Sequence record: OP744025
Length of the DNA: 64,000 bases
From: Escherichia phage A5-4
Direction: 5' to 3' (one strand)
Under the pieces are notes generated by a model that was not told the origin of the DNA, did no database searches, and saw only the letters and a list, made by a program, of their open reading frames with translations. The position numbers and the translations under genes were made by a program. Positions 10,795-20,714 of the stretch are shown here, one piece after another (the first letter of the stretch is position 1; each line of letters opens with the position of its first letter).

Positions 10795-10803
10795 TTTTTA
10801 AAT

Positions 10804-10825
10804 GGGGGCTTAGGCCCCCTCTTTC
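10804..10825 (+). terminator. Putative weak terminator hairpin
   Basis: GGGGGC-TTAG-GCCCCC hairpin then CTCTTT. Confidence 0.4.
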
Positions 10826-10839
10826 AGAAAGGAGTTAAT

Positions 10840-11475
10840 ATGGTGATCGATAAGATTTATGGCTGGACCCCCATGATCCGCATGTCTGACATGCGTTATC
10901 CGGTATACCTGGCCGACTACCGTGCTGAATATCCTAACGTATCTATTGGTAGCTTTGTTTACGCTGTCGGTATGGCTGAAGTTGGATATCATGCGGTTTA
11001 TGATGTACCGATGCCGCAAGGTGATGTTGTTACGGAAGGACTTCCAGAATTACGAGAAGACGGTTTCTGGTACAGAACTTGGAACGTTAGAGATTTCACC
11101 GAGCAAGAGATTGCCGATAATCTTATCCGTGAAAAAGAGCAACGCATCAATGAAGCTCGAATGGTTCTAGATAATGAAAGATCTGAGGGTGTTTTTGTAT
11201 CCGGTAAAAGATATCAATCCGACGCTCAAGCTTTTACTTATTACAGTTCTATCTCTGCTGTTGCTAAAGATTCACCTGAAGGTGTTTTTCACTTAGTGAC
11301 CTCTGACAATCAGGTGGAGGAATTTTTTGGTGATGACGTTATTGTCCACATCAAAGAAATTCAAAAAGTAAATGCAAAAATTTACGATGAGTTTGCTAAA
11401 ATTGTAAAAGTTATCCGCGAAGCAAAATCCCCTGAAGAAATCCCTCAAGTTCCTCCCTCGTTCCAAAATATCTAA
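10840..11475 (+). CDS. Hypothetical protein between collagen-like genes
   Basis: 211-aa ORF with GGAG RBS; possible fibre chaperone by position only. Confidence 0.6.
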   Translation: MVIDKIYGWTPMIRMSDMRYPVYLADYRAEYPNVSIGSFVYAVGMAEVGYHAVYDVPMPQGDVVTEGLPELREDGFWYRTWNVRDFTEQEIADNLIREKEQRINEARMVLDNERSEGVFVSGKRYQSDAQAFTYYSSISAVAKDSPEGVFHLVTSDNQVEEFFGDDVIVHIKEIQKVNAKIYDEFAKIVKVIREAKSPEEIPQVPPSFQNI

Positions 11476-11507
11476 TTAATCTCCTAACGTAACAGAAGGA
11501 TGTAAAA

Positions 11508-13091
11508 ATGAGTACACTTGCTCGTGGTATTGCAGGAGAACAAAGAGGCGTATTTTATGGATATGCTCTTTACGATCTGGAACAAAAAAGAAAGATAGCC
11601 TTTAAAGATTTAACTAAGGGTGACTCAGGGGCAAAGGGCGATAAGGGTGATCCTGGTCCAGAAGGTCCACAAGGTGATAAAGGAGATACCGGAGAGCAAG
11701 GCCCTGTAGGACCTCAAGGTCCTGCTGGTGCAACAGGGCCACAAGGTGTGTCTGGTGAAAGAGGACCTCAAGGTCCCGAAGGTCCTGTAGGACCTCAAGG
11801 TCCAATTGGTCCCGAAGGCCCAGTAGGGCCAATTGGCCCCCAAGGTCCAGAAGGTCCTAAAGGAGAGCAAGGTGACCAAGGCCCTTCTGGATCTCAAGGC
11901 CCTCAAGGATTAAAAGGGGATACAGGGCCACAAGGACCTCAAGGTCCCGTTGGACCCAGAGGAGAGACAGGTGCAACAGGACCTGTTGGACCTAAAGGGG
12001 ACACAGGCCCAACAGGTCCAAAAGGAGAAACGGGTGAACAGGGACCCATTGGTCCGCAAGGACCTAAGGGTGATACAGGGCCTGTGGGTCCTGCAAGCTT
12101 AACCTTCAGAGGTTTCTATGAACCTCTTGAAGAATACAACGAAAAGGATACAGTAGCTTATAATGGTTCTACTTATTTTGCGTTAAGAACCAGTACAGGA
12201 GCAACACCGGATATTTCTCCCGATGACTGGGCATTACTTGCAGCTGAAGGTGCAGTTGGACCACAAGGACCTATGGGACCAGAGGGTCCGCAAGGTATCG
12301 CTGGTGCTCAAGGTCAGGAAGGCCCTGTAGGACCGCAAGGTGAACAGGGTCCGGTTGGACCTGTTGGCCCACAAGGCCCACAAGGTCCTGCGGGTCAGGA
12401 AGGAATAGAAGGACCTCAGGGACCTCAAGGAGAAGAAGGCCCTGTGGGACCTCAGGGACCACAAGGGATTGTAGGACCAACAGGTCCACAAGGCCCTCAA
12501 GGCCCCAAAGGGGACACTGGTGCAGTTGGACCACAAGGTCCTCAAGGCCAACAAGGTCTTGATGGTCCACAAGGCCCTGCTGGTCCGCAAGGCGAAAGAG
12601 GTGTTACTGGACTAACCGGACCCCAAGGTCCCAAGGGTGATATCGGCCCTGTGGGTCCGGCTGGCCCTCAAGGTAAGGATGGTAATTCTTACACTATCTA
12701 CAACTGGGGCAACATATCAACGGGCTATGGTGAGATGGTAATACCTGGTGTTACTAACACAGTATTCAGAGTGAGACGAGTAGGAACCACATTAGAATAC
12801 AGTGTACTTAGTAAAGGTGGTGCGAATAGATACCTTGACTTCCATACCATAATTCCAGCCCCCTCTACAGGGGGCGCTGTAATTATCCAATCAGGAAATA
12901 CAACATTGACATCCTCCAGCTCTTTAAATGTTGTTACATCTGCACCTCCTGGTCTTGGTTTTCGACCAATATTCATCTCTTTAAAAGAGTGGGGAGATAG
13001 GGCAATAGTAACCATAGAGGTTTTCCACACAGGTAGAAGTGGAGATGCCAGTTACCCAATACATGTTCGTATGCTAACGACGAAGTATTGA
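11508..13091 (+). CDS. Collagen-like repeat protein with globular C-terminal domain
   Basis: 527 aa; long GPQGP/GxY runs; C-terminal ~150 aa non-collagen. Confidence 0.85.
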   Translation: MSTLARGIAGEQRGVFYGYALYDLEQKRKIAFKDLTKGDSGAKGDKGDPGPEGPQGDKGDTGEQGPVGPQGPAGATGPQGVSGERGPQGPEGPVGPQGPIGPEGPVGPIGPQGPEGPKGEQGDQGPSGSQGPQGLKGDTGPQGPQGPVGPRGETGATGPVGPKGDTGPTGPKGETGEQGPIGPQGPKGDTGPVGPASLTFRGFYEPLEEYNEKDTVAYNGSTYFALRTSTGATPDISPDDWALLAAEGAVGPQGPMGPEGPQGIAGAQGQEGPVGPQGEQGPVGPVGPQGPQGPAGQEGIEGPQGPQGEEGPVGPQGPQGIVGPTGPQGPQGPKGDTGAVGPQGPQGQQGLDGPQGPAGPQGERGVTGLTGPQGPKGDIGPVGPAGPQGKDGNSYTIYNWGNISTGYGEMVIPGVTNTVFRVRRVGTTLEYSVLSKGGANRYLDFHTIIPAPSTGGAVIIQSGNTTLTSSSSLNVVTSAPPGLGFRPIFISLKEWGDRAIVTIEVFHTGRSGDASYPIHVRMLTTKY

Positions 13092-13097
13092 CATGAA

Positions 13098-13125
13098 AGC
13101 CACCTTCGGGTGGCTTTATTTTTAT
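13098..13125 (+). terminator. Rho-independent terminator
   Basis: AGCCACC-TTCG-GGTGGCT hairpin then TTATTTTTAT. Confidence 0.7.
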
Positions 13126-13181
13126 ACAAATGACTTTCTTTTAATTTTGTGATAACATGTTTTAATACACTGGAGGAATAT

Positions 13182-13703
13182 ATGACTGATGAAGAAGTAG
13201 TACAACTTGTCCGTAACTTTTTAGGCGGTCTTACTGAAGATGAAATGCCTGATAGCATGATTCTGTTTTTCTATAATAAATGGAAGGTCTGTTATGATTT
13301 AGAAAACAGACCTGATCAATTCTCCATTATTCTTTATAACACCGTATTAGATTGTGTCCGCTGGCTTCTGGTTCAAAGCGTTTCAAGTGGTGCTTCTGGC
13401 ATCCGTGAAAGATTTGAGAAGGTAGGTGATGAGACGATATCTGTTAAGTATGGAGATAGCTCAGGTAATTGGCAAAATTTCTTGGATTACCTGCTTGAAC
13501 ATCCCGAATATATAGATCCTTGTTTAAAAGAGGCAAACGGGAATGGTTTAGGTCTTGTCATCATTGGCGGCGTAAGAAGAAATGAAGTTAACCGTGTTCG
13601 TAGAAACCCAAATTCTCATAACGGTTTCATGGAGCAAGGTATCTATCCCGCACCAGGTACAAGATCCAGTGTAAGAAAGCGTAATCCGTGGATGGTTAAG
13701 TAA
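13182..13703 (+). CDS. Hypothetical head-tail region protein
   Basis: ATG at 13182 preceded by GGAGG RBS (track starts at upstream GTG 13149). Confidence 0.55.
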   Translation: MTDEEVVQLVRNFLGGLTEDEMPDSMILFFYNKWKVCYDLENRPDQFSIILYNTVLDCVRWLLVQSVSSGASGIRERFEKVGDETISVKYGDSSGNWQNFLDYLLEHPEYIDPCLKEANGNGLGLVIIGGVRRNEVNRVRRNPNSHNGFMEQGIYPAPGTRSSVRKRNPWMVK

Positions 13704-13766
13704 AGCTTTGAGTTTGTTGCTTTTGCTCATCTATTGTGGTAAAATAACTTTCATGGAGAAATAACC

Positions 13767-14228
13767 GTGAAGAAAACATCGACAATTGATTTTTCTGTCA
13801 TGGATCGCTATTTCGACCAACTCTCAGATTTAGAAACAAAAGAGATTGAGGTGGGCTTCTTTGATGAGGCTCACTATTCTGGTTTAAATATGGCGACTCT
13901 CGCAGCGATTCACGAACTAGGATGGAACAATCTTCCTGAACGTAACTTCATGCTTTCCACATCGATCCATTATCGAGGTGGACTTATCAAGAACCTCAAA
14001 AAACTCAATGATGATTTACTGAAAGGTAAGCCATATGACCCTGTGCTTAAGAAAATAGGTAAAGACTACGCTGACAGCATTCGTTTTACGATTGACCAAG
14101 GTACGTTCTCTAATAACCGAGTGTCTACAGCATGGGCGAGCTATAAAGGGTTCAGTGATGCAATGATCCATTACGGCGATCTTTCAGATTCAGCGAAGTT
14201 TAAGATTGTCCCTCTTACGAAAGACTAA
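13767..14228 (+). CDS. Putative virion morphogenesis / head-tail joining protein
   Basis: 153-aa ORF, GTG start after GGAGA RBS; position between capsid and tail modules. Confidence 0.5.
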   Translation: MKKTSTIDFSVMDRYFDQLSDLETKEIEVGFFDEAHYSGLNMATLAAIHELGWNNLPERNFMLSTSIHYRGGLIKNLKKLNDDLLKGKPYDPVLKKIGKDYADSIRFTIDQGTFSNNRVSTAWASYKGFSDAMIHYGDLSDSAKFKIVPLTKD

Positions 14229-14237
14229 GGAGGCATC

Positions 14238-14678
14238 ATGTCTCGTGGCTATTTATTGTTAAGCCGTCGCAATCAGCTTATTCCTCGTATCGAGGTTGAA
14301 GGTCGCAGACGCGCTTATAAAAAGGTTGATCTGGATGACCCGTTTGATAACGGTGGTCTGGAGATTGAATATACACCATTCACGGCTGTTGAATGTGTCA
14401 TTCAACCAATCAGAGGCAAAGCGCTTCGTGACCAGAACAACCAACTGACTACTGCTGGTGAGGAAGATTATGATTCCTACACTGTGTATTCAGAAACTGT
14501 ATTGTATCGTGCACAAGAAGGAACGGATAAACTTTCTGATCAATTGTGGCTTCCCAATTCTGTTGGTGAGAATAGTTGGTTTACAGTAATGAAAGCTGAC
14601 CGTTACCCAAGTGCAGGCAACATGAGATATCGTTACTATCTGATCGCTGTACCTGTTGGAACAGAGGGTGGATTATAA
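14238..14678 (+). CDS. Hypothetical tail-completion region protein
   Basis: 146-aa ORF; GGAGG RBS. Confidence 0.55.
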   Translation: MSRGYLLLSRRNQLIPRIEVEGRRRAYKKVDLDDPFDNGGLEIEYTPFTAVECVIQPIRGKALRDQNNQLTTAGEEDYDSYTVYSETVLYRAQEGTDKLSDQLWLPNSVGENSWFTVMKADRYPSAGNMRYRYYLIAVPVGTEGGL

Positions 14679-15337
14679 TGGATCAATTGCCTAATGAGTT
14701 TACAAACTCCGACGAGATTATGGGCAATCTCACAAGGGTTATCGGTCGTCTCTTGAAAGACGTAACCACTTATAAGGTGGTTGAAGCTGGTGAAACAATC
14801 CCTAAAGTTGAGGGACCATTCATCCTCGTAGACCTCTCAGATTTAAGCCCTCTCGATTGGGAAACAAATCAGATTGTTGAGAATGGTATTACACACACTG
14901 TTCACAACTACACTGCAACATACACACTCACCGCATATCGTGGAAAACCTCACTGGGCATTGACTCGTTTTCATCAGGCATTGAGCCTTGCATGGATAAG
15001 AGATAAATACTTCCCTGTCGGATCACCTTATGCTTACTCGTCCACTTCTTCTATTGCAAGATTAAGAATTCCTCTTAATGAGCAATATTATGAAAACAGG
15101 GCAAGGGTACTGATTACCTTTAACGTTACGTTCGTTGAAAGTGACTTTGGTCAGTTTGAAAATATCGAGAGCATCATTATCGACACCAGTGTTTCAGATC
15201 CTTCTGGAAACAAGATCGAAAATGAAGCCATTGTAGATATCAACGTCAAACCAGGTGGTGATGGTCCTAGTATCCCGCCAGAACCGGAGATTCCTTTCAC
15301 TTACATCGATACTATCGTTACTGTAAACGAGAAGTAA
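14678..15337 (+). CDS. Hypothetical tail-completion region protein
   Basis: 219-aa ORF overlapping previous stop (ATGA coupling). Confidence 0.55.
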   Translation: MDQLPNEFTNSDEIMGNLTRVIGRLLKDVTTYKVVEAGETIPKVEGPFILVDLSDLSPLDWETNQIVENGITHTVHNYTATYTLTAYRGKPHWALTRFHQALSLAWIRDKYFPVGSPYAYSSTSSIARLRIPLNEQYYENRARVLITFNVTFVESDFGQFENIESIIIDTSVSDPSGNKIENEAIVDINVKPGGDGPSIPPEPEIPFTYIDTIVTVNEK

Positions 15338-15377
15338 ATCCGGTTATTGATAGGCACACGCTTATCAGTGACAAATG

Positions 15378-15393
15378 AGGGGCTTTTAGCCCC
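15378..15393 (+). other. Hairpin upstream of sheath gene
   Basis: AGGGGC-TTTT-AGCCCCT stem-loop without following U-tract. Confidence 0.3.
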
Positions 15394-15449
15394 TAATCAA
15401 TTGGCACTTCCGGTGCTAGTCAATAATCGTCTAGAAGCAGAGGATAAAC

Positions 15450-16865
15450 ATGGCTTATGAAGATAAGGTAGTTGACGTCGAGGTAACGCTTGGCACTCAA
15501 CCTATTGATACCGTAGGGTTTGAAACCCCAATGTTCTTAGCAGTACACAATAATTTCCCTGAACGTCTCCGTCTGTACGGATCTGTGGAAAGTCTGGTTG
15601 GTGATGGATTTGCAGTTGGGTCCGCAGCATATCAATTCGCATCCAATGCATTTGGTGGGTCTTTTGCCCCACAACTGGTAGCAATTGGTCGTATGTCCAT
15701 GTCTGGTTCTCGAATCGACTTCACAGGCACTACCAATACCGAGCGTGTTGTGGTAAACATTACTATCAATAAGGTGGTAAAGGCAATAACTATCACGATC
15801 AACCCTGGAAACACCCCTGGTCAGATCGCAACTGCTCTTGCAGAAGGTATTAACAATGATGTAGATTTGGCTGGTCGCGTTACTGCAACTGTTGAAGGCA
15901 GTACAGTCGTAGTTGTGCAATCCGCAGAGATTATCAGTGTAGGTAAAGGCGAAGGTAGCTACAAGATTGTAAACACCTCTGTTGAAACTGTTGCAACTGT
16001 TCTTCCGCAGGTACTTGCTGAAAACCACAACTGGTACTTCCTGTCTCACGAACAACGCTCTGATGCAGATATCGTTGCAGCGGCTGAATTTGCACAAGCT
16101 AATTACAAACTGCACGTATATAACTCCAGTGACAGCGATGCTCTGGCAGCAGCTAACCAAAGCGCTTCCGTGTTTGATACACTGAAAGCTCTGGGTTACA
16201 ACTCTCTGGGTACTTACGACAAAGAAGCGGATGTAGAATTCACCGAAGGTTCTGTTATCGGCGCAATGGCTGCTAACGATCCTTCTTACGGTGACTCTAT
16301 TCACCTGAAGACAATGCCTGGCATGAAGCCTTCTACGATCTCCGAAACTCAGCGTAGCAACGCTTGGGGACGTAACGCAAACATCTATCGTGCAATGTAC
16401 GGCACTAACAGCTACATCGAAGGACGTACCTCCAGCGGTCAGTATGTTGACGTTATTCGTTTCTCCCATTGGCTTAAATTCCGCATGGAAGAATCTGTAT
16501 TCGGATACATGAAGCGTCGTTCTGATCAAGGCCAGTCCATGAAGATGAGTGATGAAGATCTTCCGGTTCTGCGTTCTATCCTGTTCAACAACCCAATCAA
16601 CATCGGTATTCGTAACGGTGGTATTCTGACTGGTTATGATACAGTGAACCGTGTGAGCTACGATCCAATCATTACTATTCCTCGTCGTGCTGAAATTCCA
16701 AGCAACGACTTGGCTAACCGTATCCTGCGTGATGTTAAAGTTGAAGTAGTTTACAACAACTCCCTGCACTACGTTAAAATTCGCGCTGCTGTTGTTCTGG
16801 ATCGTCCTCAAACTACGACCCAAAGCACTCAGACTTCTTTCACTACTTCTTCTGTAGGGGTGTAA
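15450..16865 (+). CDS. Tail sheath protein
   Basis: 471 aa; followed by 160-aa tube-size ORF, chaperone pair and tape measure (canonical myovirus order). Confidence 0.7.
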   Translation: MAYEDKVVDVEVTLGTQPIDTVGFETPMFLAVHNNFPERLRLYGSVESLVGDGFAVGSAAYQFASNAFGGSFAPQLVAIGRMSMSGSRIDFTGTTNTERVVVNITINKVVKAITITINPGNTPGQIATALAEGINNDVDLAGRVTATVEGSTVVVVQSAEIISVGKGEGSYKIVNTSVETVATVLPQVLAENHNWYFLSHEQRSDADIVAAAEFAQANYKLHVYNSSDSDALAAANQSASVFDTLKALGYNSLGTYDKEADVEFTEGSVIGAMAANDPSYGDSIHLKTMPGMKPSTISETQRSNAWGRNANIYRAMYGTNSYIEGRTSSGQYVDVIRFSHWLKFRMEESVFGYMKRRSDQGQSMKMSDEDLPVLRSILFNNPINIGIRNGGILTGYDTVNRVSYDPIITIPRRAEIPSNDLANRILRDVKVEVVYNNSLHYVKIRAAVVLDRPQTTTQSTQTSFTTSSVGV

Positions 16866-16868
16866 TAG

Positions 16869-17351
16869 ATGGCACTGAATCCTAAGTTAATTAGTCTCCA
16901 GGCGTATGACCCAGCCAAAGTCCTGATCTTTATCGGTGGTCAACGTGTTTCTGGATTCGCCGCTGATACGAAAGTCGTTGTTTCTCGTAACAATGATAAC
17001 ATTACCCCGCTGTCTGGTGTTGATGGTGAAGTAAGTTCGGCTATCGTTCGCGACAACTCTGGTGTAGTAACTATCTCCTTGCAGAATACTTCTGTATGGA
17101 ACGGTTATCTTTCCCAATGGCAGTTGCAAGCCCGTCTGACCGGACTTGTTTACTTCCCAATCCAGATTGAAGGTTCTCAGGGTCTGTCCTTGAACACCTT
17201 TGGTTGGATTCAACGTCAACCAGACCTGACCTATGGATCTGAAGTAGGGCAGATGGACTGGGAAATCGGCGTTGTCGATGCACAACTGAGTGCTGACCAG
17301 ATTCAGGGTGTTGCTGCCGGAATCGGTGGAATCCTCGGTCTGGATCAATAA
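16869..17351 (+). CDS. Tail tube protein
   Basis: 160-aa ORF directly after sheath. Confidence 0.65.
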   Translation: MALNPKLISLQAYDPAKVLIFIGGQRVSGFAADTKVVVSRNNDNITPLSGVDGEVSSAIVRDNSGVVTISLQNTSVWNGYLSQWQLQARLTGLVYFPIQIEGSQGLSLNTFGWIQRQPDLTYGSEVGQMDWEIGVVDAQLSADQIQGVAAGIGGILGLDQ

Positions 17352-17431
17352 TTACGTGAGCCTCAAGGATGAGGCCCTTCTCACGCAATGGATGATATTC
17401 ATATTAACAAGGTGGACACAGGAGTGTAAAC

Positions 17432-17902
17432 GTGCAAGGTTTTAAATTTAAAAAGACCACAGAGATTACTCTTTGCGGCGGTAAGCGATTCACAATCTAT
17501 CATTGGTCGCCTACTCAAGTTATCCGTAATATGCCTAAGATTGGTAAACTGGTAGCTGTTCCTTTGGGTACGATGGCAGGTTCTGCTATTTCCGGTGGAC
17601 AAGATTTTCAAGACGCTGTACCAACAGCAATTCTCTACATCTTAGATCGCATAGATGAAGGTGGTCTGGAAATTATTAATCTTCTGTTGGAAGGTGTAGA
17701 AGTAGACAACATGGGTGGCCCTATTGATATAGACGAAGTGTTCGATGGTCACGTAGAAGATTTGTTTAAACTGCTGGCAGAAATTATACAGGTGAACTAC
17801 GGCTGTTTTTTCGGCAAGAGCGGTTTCGGGACAATCGAAAGTCTCCTTCAGAAGTTCGGTCTGGTTCGCAAGGTGGAGCAACTGGATCAGACGGAAGCCT
17901 GA
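17432..17902 (+). CDS. Tail assembly chaperone (G-like)
   Basis: 156-aa acidic ORF between tube and tape measure; GTG start. Confidence 0.6.
   Translation: MQGFKFKKTTEITLCGGKRFTIYHWSPTQVIRNMPKIGKLVAVPLGTMAGSAISGGQDFQDAVPTAILYILDRIDEGGLEIINLLLEGVEVDNMGGPIDIDEVFDGHVEDLFKLLAEIIQVNYGCFFGKSGFGTIESLLQKFGLVRKVEQLDQTEA
17806..17812 (+). other. Candidate -1 slippery heptamer T TTT TTC
   Basis: X XXY YYZ heptamer in chaperone frame; -1 frame stays open to 18165. Confidence 0.45.
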
Positions 17903-18165
17903 GGCCGCTGAGTACAGTGGAAAGGGCCTTGGAGTATTGTAGAAAAAACTCTAGTCTGAAATGGTATGACTATCTCTATTTCCGTGTCATGGAGAAATTC
18001 AAGGGAGTTAACGAACTTTCTATCGAAAGTGGAGACATGGAAGACCTTCTTAAGAAGAATGAATATATCGATATTCAAGAATATTTGGAAGGGGTTCAAG
18101 ACAAAGAGAAGGAATACGAACGCCAGCGAATGGAACAAGAGGCCCAGTTGAAACGGAGAAAGTAA
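17809..18165 (+). CDS. Chaperone -1 frame extension (GT-like product)
   Basis: -1 frame open from slippery site through track ORF 17917..18165; Lys/Glu-rich tail. Confidence 0.45.
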   Translation, partial: FRQERFRDNRKSPSEVRSGSQGGATGSDGSLRPLSTVERALEYCRKNSSLKWYDYLYFRVMEKFKGVNELSIESGDMEDLLKKNEYIDIQEYLEGVQDKEKEYERQRMEQEAQLKRRK

Positions 18166-18176
18166 ATAAATAGGGC

Positions 18177-18210
18177 TGGAGTCGAAAGACTCTGGCCTTT
18201 ATTTTTATTA
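18177..18210 (+). terminator. Putative terminator hairpin
   Basis: GAGTC-GAAA-GACTC hairpin followed by TTTATTTTTATT. Confidence 0.5.
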
Positions 18211-18222
18211 TGAGGAGTCAAA

Positions 18223-20646
18223 ATGGCTGTTGAAGTAATTGCAACAACAAAGAACCGTGTCATATTTGAAACTGACAAAGGTTCCTATCGAAAAGCTCGT
18301 GAAGAGATTCGAAAACTCTCTAACGAATGGAAAAAGGCTTCAACAGAGGCTACTGCTGCCGGAAAGAATTCTCCTGCTGAGGCTTATAAACAATCTGCCC
18401 GTGAAATGCGATTAGTCAGTAAACGTTTGGAAGAAACTCGCAAACGTGAAGAGAAGAAAGCGACAGATTATCGTATTGCTCTGGCAAAGAAAGAAGCCAA
18501 GGCAAAGGAAGCGATCCAAAAGGTTTCTGCTGCAAAAATACGACAACAGGTTAAAAGCCTGACGGCTGCATCCCCTGGTTCTGCTGAGATGAGAAAGTTC
18601 TATCAGGAACAGGAGAAAGCTGCCCGTGCTGCTGCAAGATCTGCAAACCGTACAGCGACACCTTTACCGCCTTTCAACATTCAACGTGTAGAAGCTGCAA
18701 ACCAATTATTATCCCGTGGCAACAGAGAACCAGGGTCAGGGATTGTTGGAGATCCTAATAGTCGATTCAACCCTGAGTTAATTGCTGCACAAAACAGAGC
18801 GATGCAACGTAGTTCTCGTATCAAGGAGAGGATGCAGAAGCAACAAACTCAAGAACAGGAACGTGAACGTGTCCGCGCTGCTCGCGCTGCTGCCCGTATT
18901 GATGATGTTACAGCACAACAACGTATTCGTCTATCCTCCAGATATGGTCGTGGTTATGCAGGCGCTTTGGGTCGTGATTCAGAGGGTCGTGGGATTGAAG
19001 ATCTTAATAGACAATTCCGTGCGGGAACATTATCATCTGGACAATATCGACAAAGTGTTCAGGCACTCGAAAGACAATTTCGCGCCGCACAATCAAGTGC
19101 TGGGTCTTTCTCTTCTACGTTGAGAGATATTCGTTCTAACTTGGTAAGTGCTACGGCTGCATATGGTGTTTTCTCCGCAGGTGCATCAATCACTCGTCAA
19201 GGTCAATTCTTCGAAGGTATTAATGCAACCTCCTTGCTGATCTCTGATTCAGCAGAAGAGGCTGGTCAGCGTGTTAAGTTTGTTCGTGACGAAGCATACC
19301 GTTTAGGTTTGGATCTGAAAACTGCATCGCAGGGATTTACCCAGTTAGCGATCTCTGCTGATGGTGTTATTAGTAAATCTCAAACAGACGAATTATTTAG
19401 TGCATTTTCTGAATATTCCACCGCACTTCAGGTCGATCCCGTAAGATATCAGCGTGGCATTACAGCAATTCAACAGATCCTTGGTAAAGGTCAAGTAATG
19501 GCTGAAGAACTAAAGGGTCAGTTGGCTGAAGCAATTCCTGGTTCTTTACAGGTATTCTTGAAAGCAACTCAAGAAGCATTCGGCGACACCTCTATCGACA
19601 TTGCAAAATTGTTGAAGTTGATGGAAGATGGTGAATTGAAAGCCTCCAAGATCATACCCCTGGTTGGAAAATACTATGCAGAAGCTGCTAATAAGGGTGG
19701 CGCACTGGATAAAGCTTTAGAAAGTAACCGTGTTGCTTACCAGCGTTTAACTCAGACTTTTGCAGAGTTTCAAAACAGAATATTCCAAGGTGGCTTTGGT
19801 GAACAACTGACAAGAGTTTTCAATAACTTAGCTACAATCCTATCAAGCAATGGTAACGTTGCAAGCACCATCGGTAGATTCTTCGGTAACGTAATTGAAG
19901 GATTTACAGACATGGTTCTTGAAATACATGATAACCTTGTCCTTTTGGATCGTGTGGTGTCTTATTACTTCAAGAAAATAGGTGTTGAAGGTGATACTCT
20001 TCGTCAAGTGTTTGATTGGGGTTCTTATCTCCTTGGTATCGGATTGTTCCTCGGCGGTCTAACTAAAGTGTTTAATATCCTAGCTAAGATTGCAGGATTA
20101 AAAGGTGCACTTAAGGAGATTCGTGGAACCCTTGGTGGAGATTTAGCTACGGGTGGAAAAACCACAACTGGTGCAAACACTACAGCCTCTGGTGGCGCAA
20201 CTACCCCAGGTAAGACAAGTGTAGCTGGAAGATTCAGTCAACTTGGTAAGCTTGGTAAGCTTTTTGGCCTTGGTACGCTTTATTCAGCAGGGTCAGAAAT
20301 CAATGACCGCTTTATCCAAAGTGGAGAGAGCCGATTGGCTGGAGCAGGGCTTGACGCAACAGCTTTCCAGCAGCAATATGGTGTAACTCCACAACCTGTC
20401 GGGTTAACTGATGTGTTCAGAGAGTTGTTTGGTGGCTCTCGTGACATAACTGTAGATCCTAACACTATCTCGACTCCATCTGGTATTCGTCCTAGCGGAT
20501 TCCCTCTGGAGGCTCCAGCAGCACCGCCGGAAGGTAAGATCACTGTTGAGATCAAGAGTGGTGAGATTCGTCAATACATCCGTGCAATTGTGGATGAGGA
20601 AAACGGATTTAACATCAATCTGCTTACTCAAGGTGGTAACCAATAA
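18223..20646 (+). CDS. Tail tape measure protein
   Basis: 807 aa; coiled-coil A/R/Q-rich N-half, hydrophobic segment, Gly-rich C-region; follows chaperones. Confidence 0.85.
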   Translation: MAVEVIATTKNRVIFETDKGSYRKAREEIRKLSNEWKKASTEATAAGKNSPAEAYKQSAREMRLVSKRLEETRKREEKKATDYRIALAKKEAKAKEAIQKVSAAKIRQQVKSLTAASPGSAEMRKFYQEQEKAARAAARSANRTATPLPPFNIQRVEAANQLLSRGNREPGSGIVGDPNSRFNPELIAAQNRAMQRSSRIKERMQKQQTQEQERERVRAARAAARIDDVTAQQRIRLSSRYGRGYAGALGRDSEGRGIEDLNRQFRAGTLSSGQYRQSVQALERQFRAAQSSAGSFSSTLRDIRSNLVSATAAYGVFSAGASITRQGQFFEGINATSLLISDSAEEAGQRVKFVRDEAYRLGLDLKTASQGFTQLAISADGVISKSQTDELFSAFSEYSTALQVDPVRYQRGITAIQQILGKGQVMAEELKGQLAEAIPGSLQVFLKATQEAFGDTSIDIAKLLKLMEDGELKASKIIPLVGKYYAEAANKGGALDKALESNRVAYQRLTQTFAEFQNRIFQGGFGEQLTRVFNNLATILSSNGNVASTIGRFFGNVIEGFTDMVLEIHDNLVLLDRVVSYYFKKIGVEGDTLRQVFDWGSYLLGIGLFLGGLTKVFNILAKIAGLKGALKEIRGTLGGDLATGGKTTTGANTTASGGATTPGKTSVAGRFSQLGKLGKLFGLGTLYSAGSEINDRFIQSGESRLAGAGLDATAFQQQYGVTPQPVGLTDVFRELFGGSRDITVDPNTISTPSGIRPSGFPLEAPAAPPEGKITVEIKSGEIRQYIRAIVDEENGFNINLLTQGGNQ

Positions 20647-20651
20647 TTACA

Positions 20652-20674
20652 GGGGGCTTCGGCCCCCTTTTTTA
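20652..20674 (+). terminator. Rho-independent terminator
   Basis: GGGGGC-TTCG-GCCCCC hairpin then TTTTTT. Confidence 0.8.
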
Positions 20675-20714
20675 TTGTCCTTATTCGTGTTAAAATACTG
20701 AAAGGAGGAAACTT

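Noticed and set aside
15338-15449. tRNA gene in the largest plus-strand intergenic gap
   Set aside because: No cloverleaf could be folded by eye and no GTTCGAATC-like T-arm; only a single hairpin is present.
15537-16823. 428-aa minus-strand ORF antisense to the tail sheath gene
   Set aside because: Fully overlaps a well-supported plus-strand structural gene in a unidirectional operon; no RBS context; likely an antisense artefact of codon bias.
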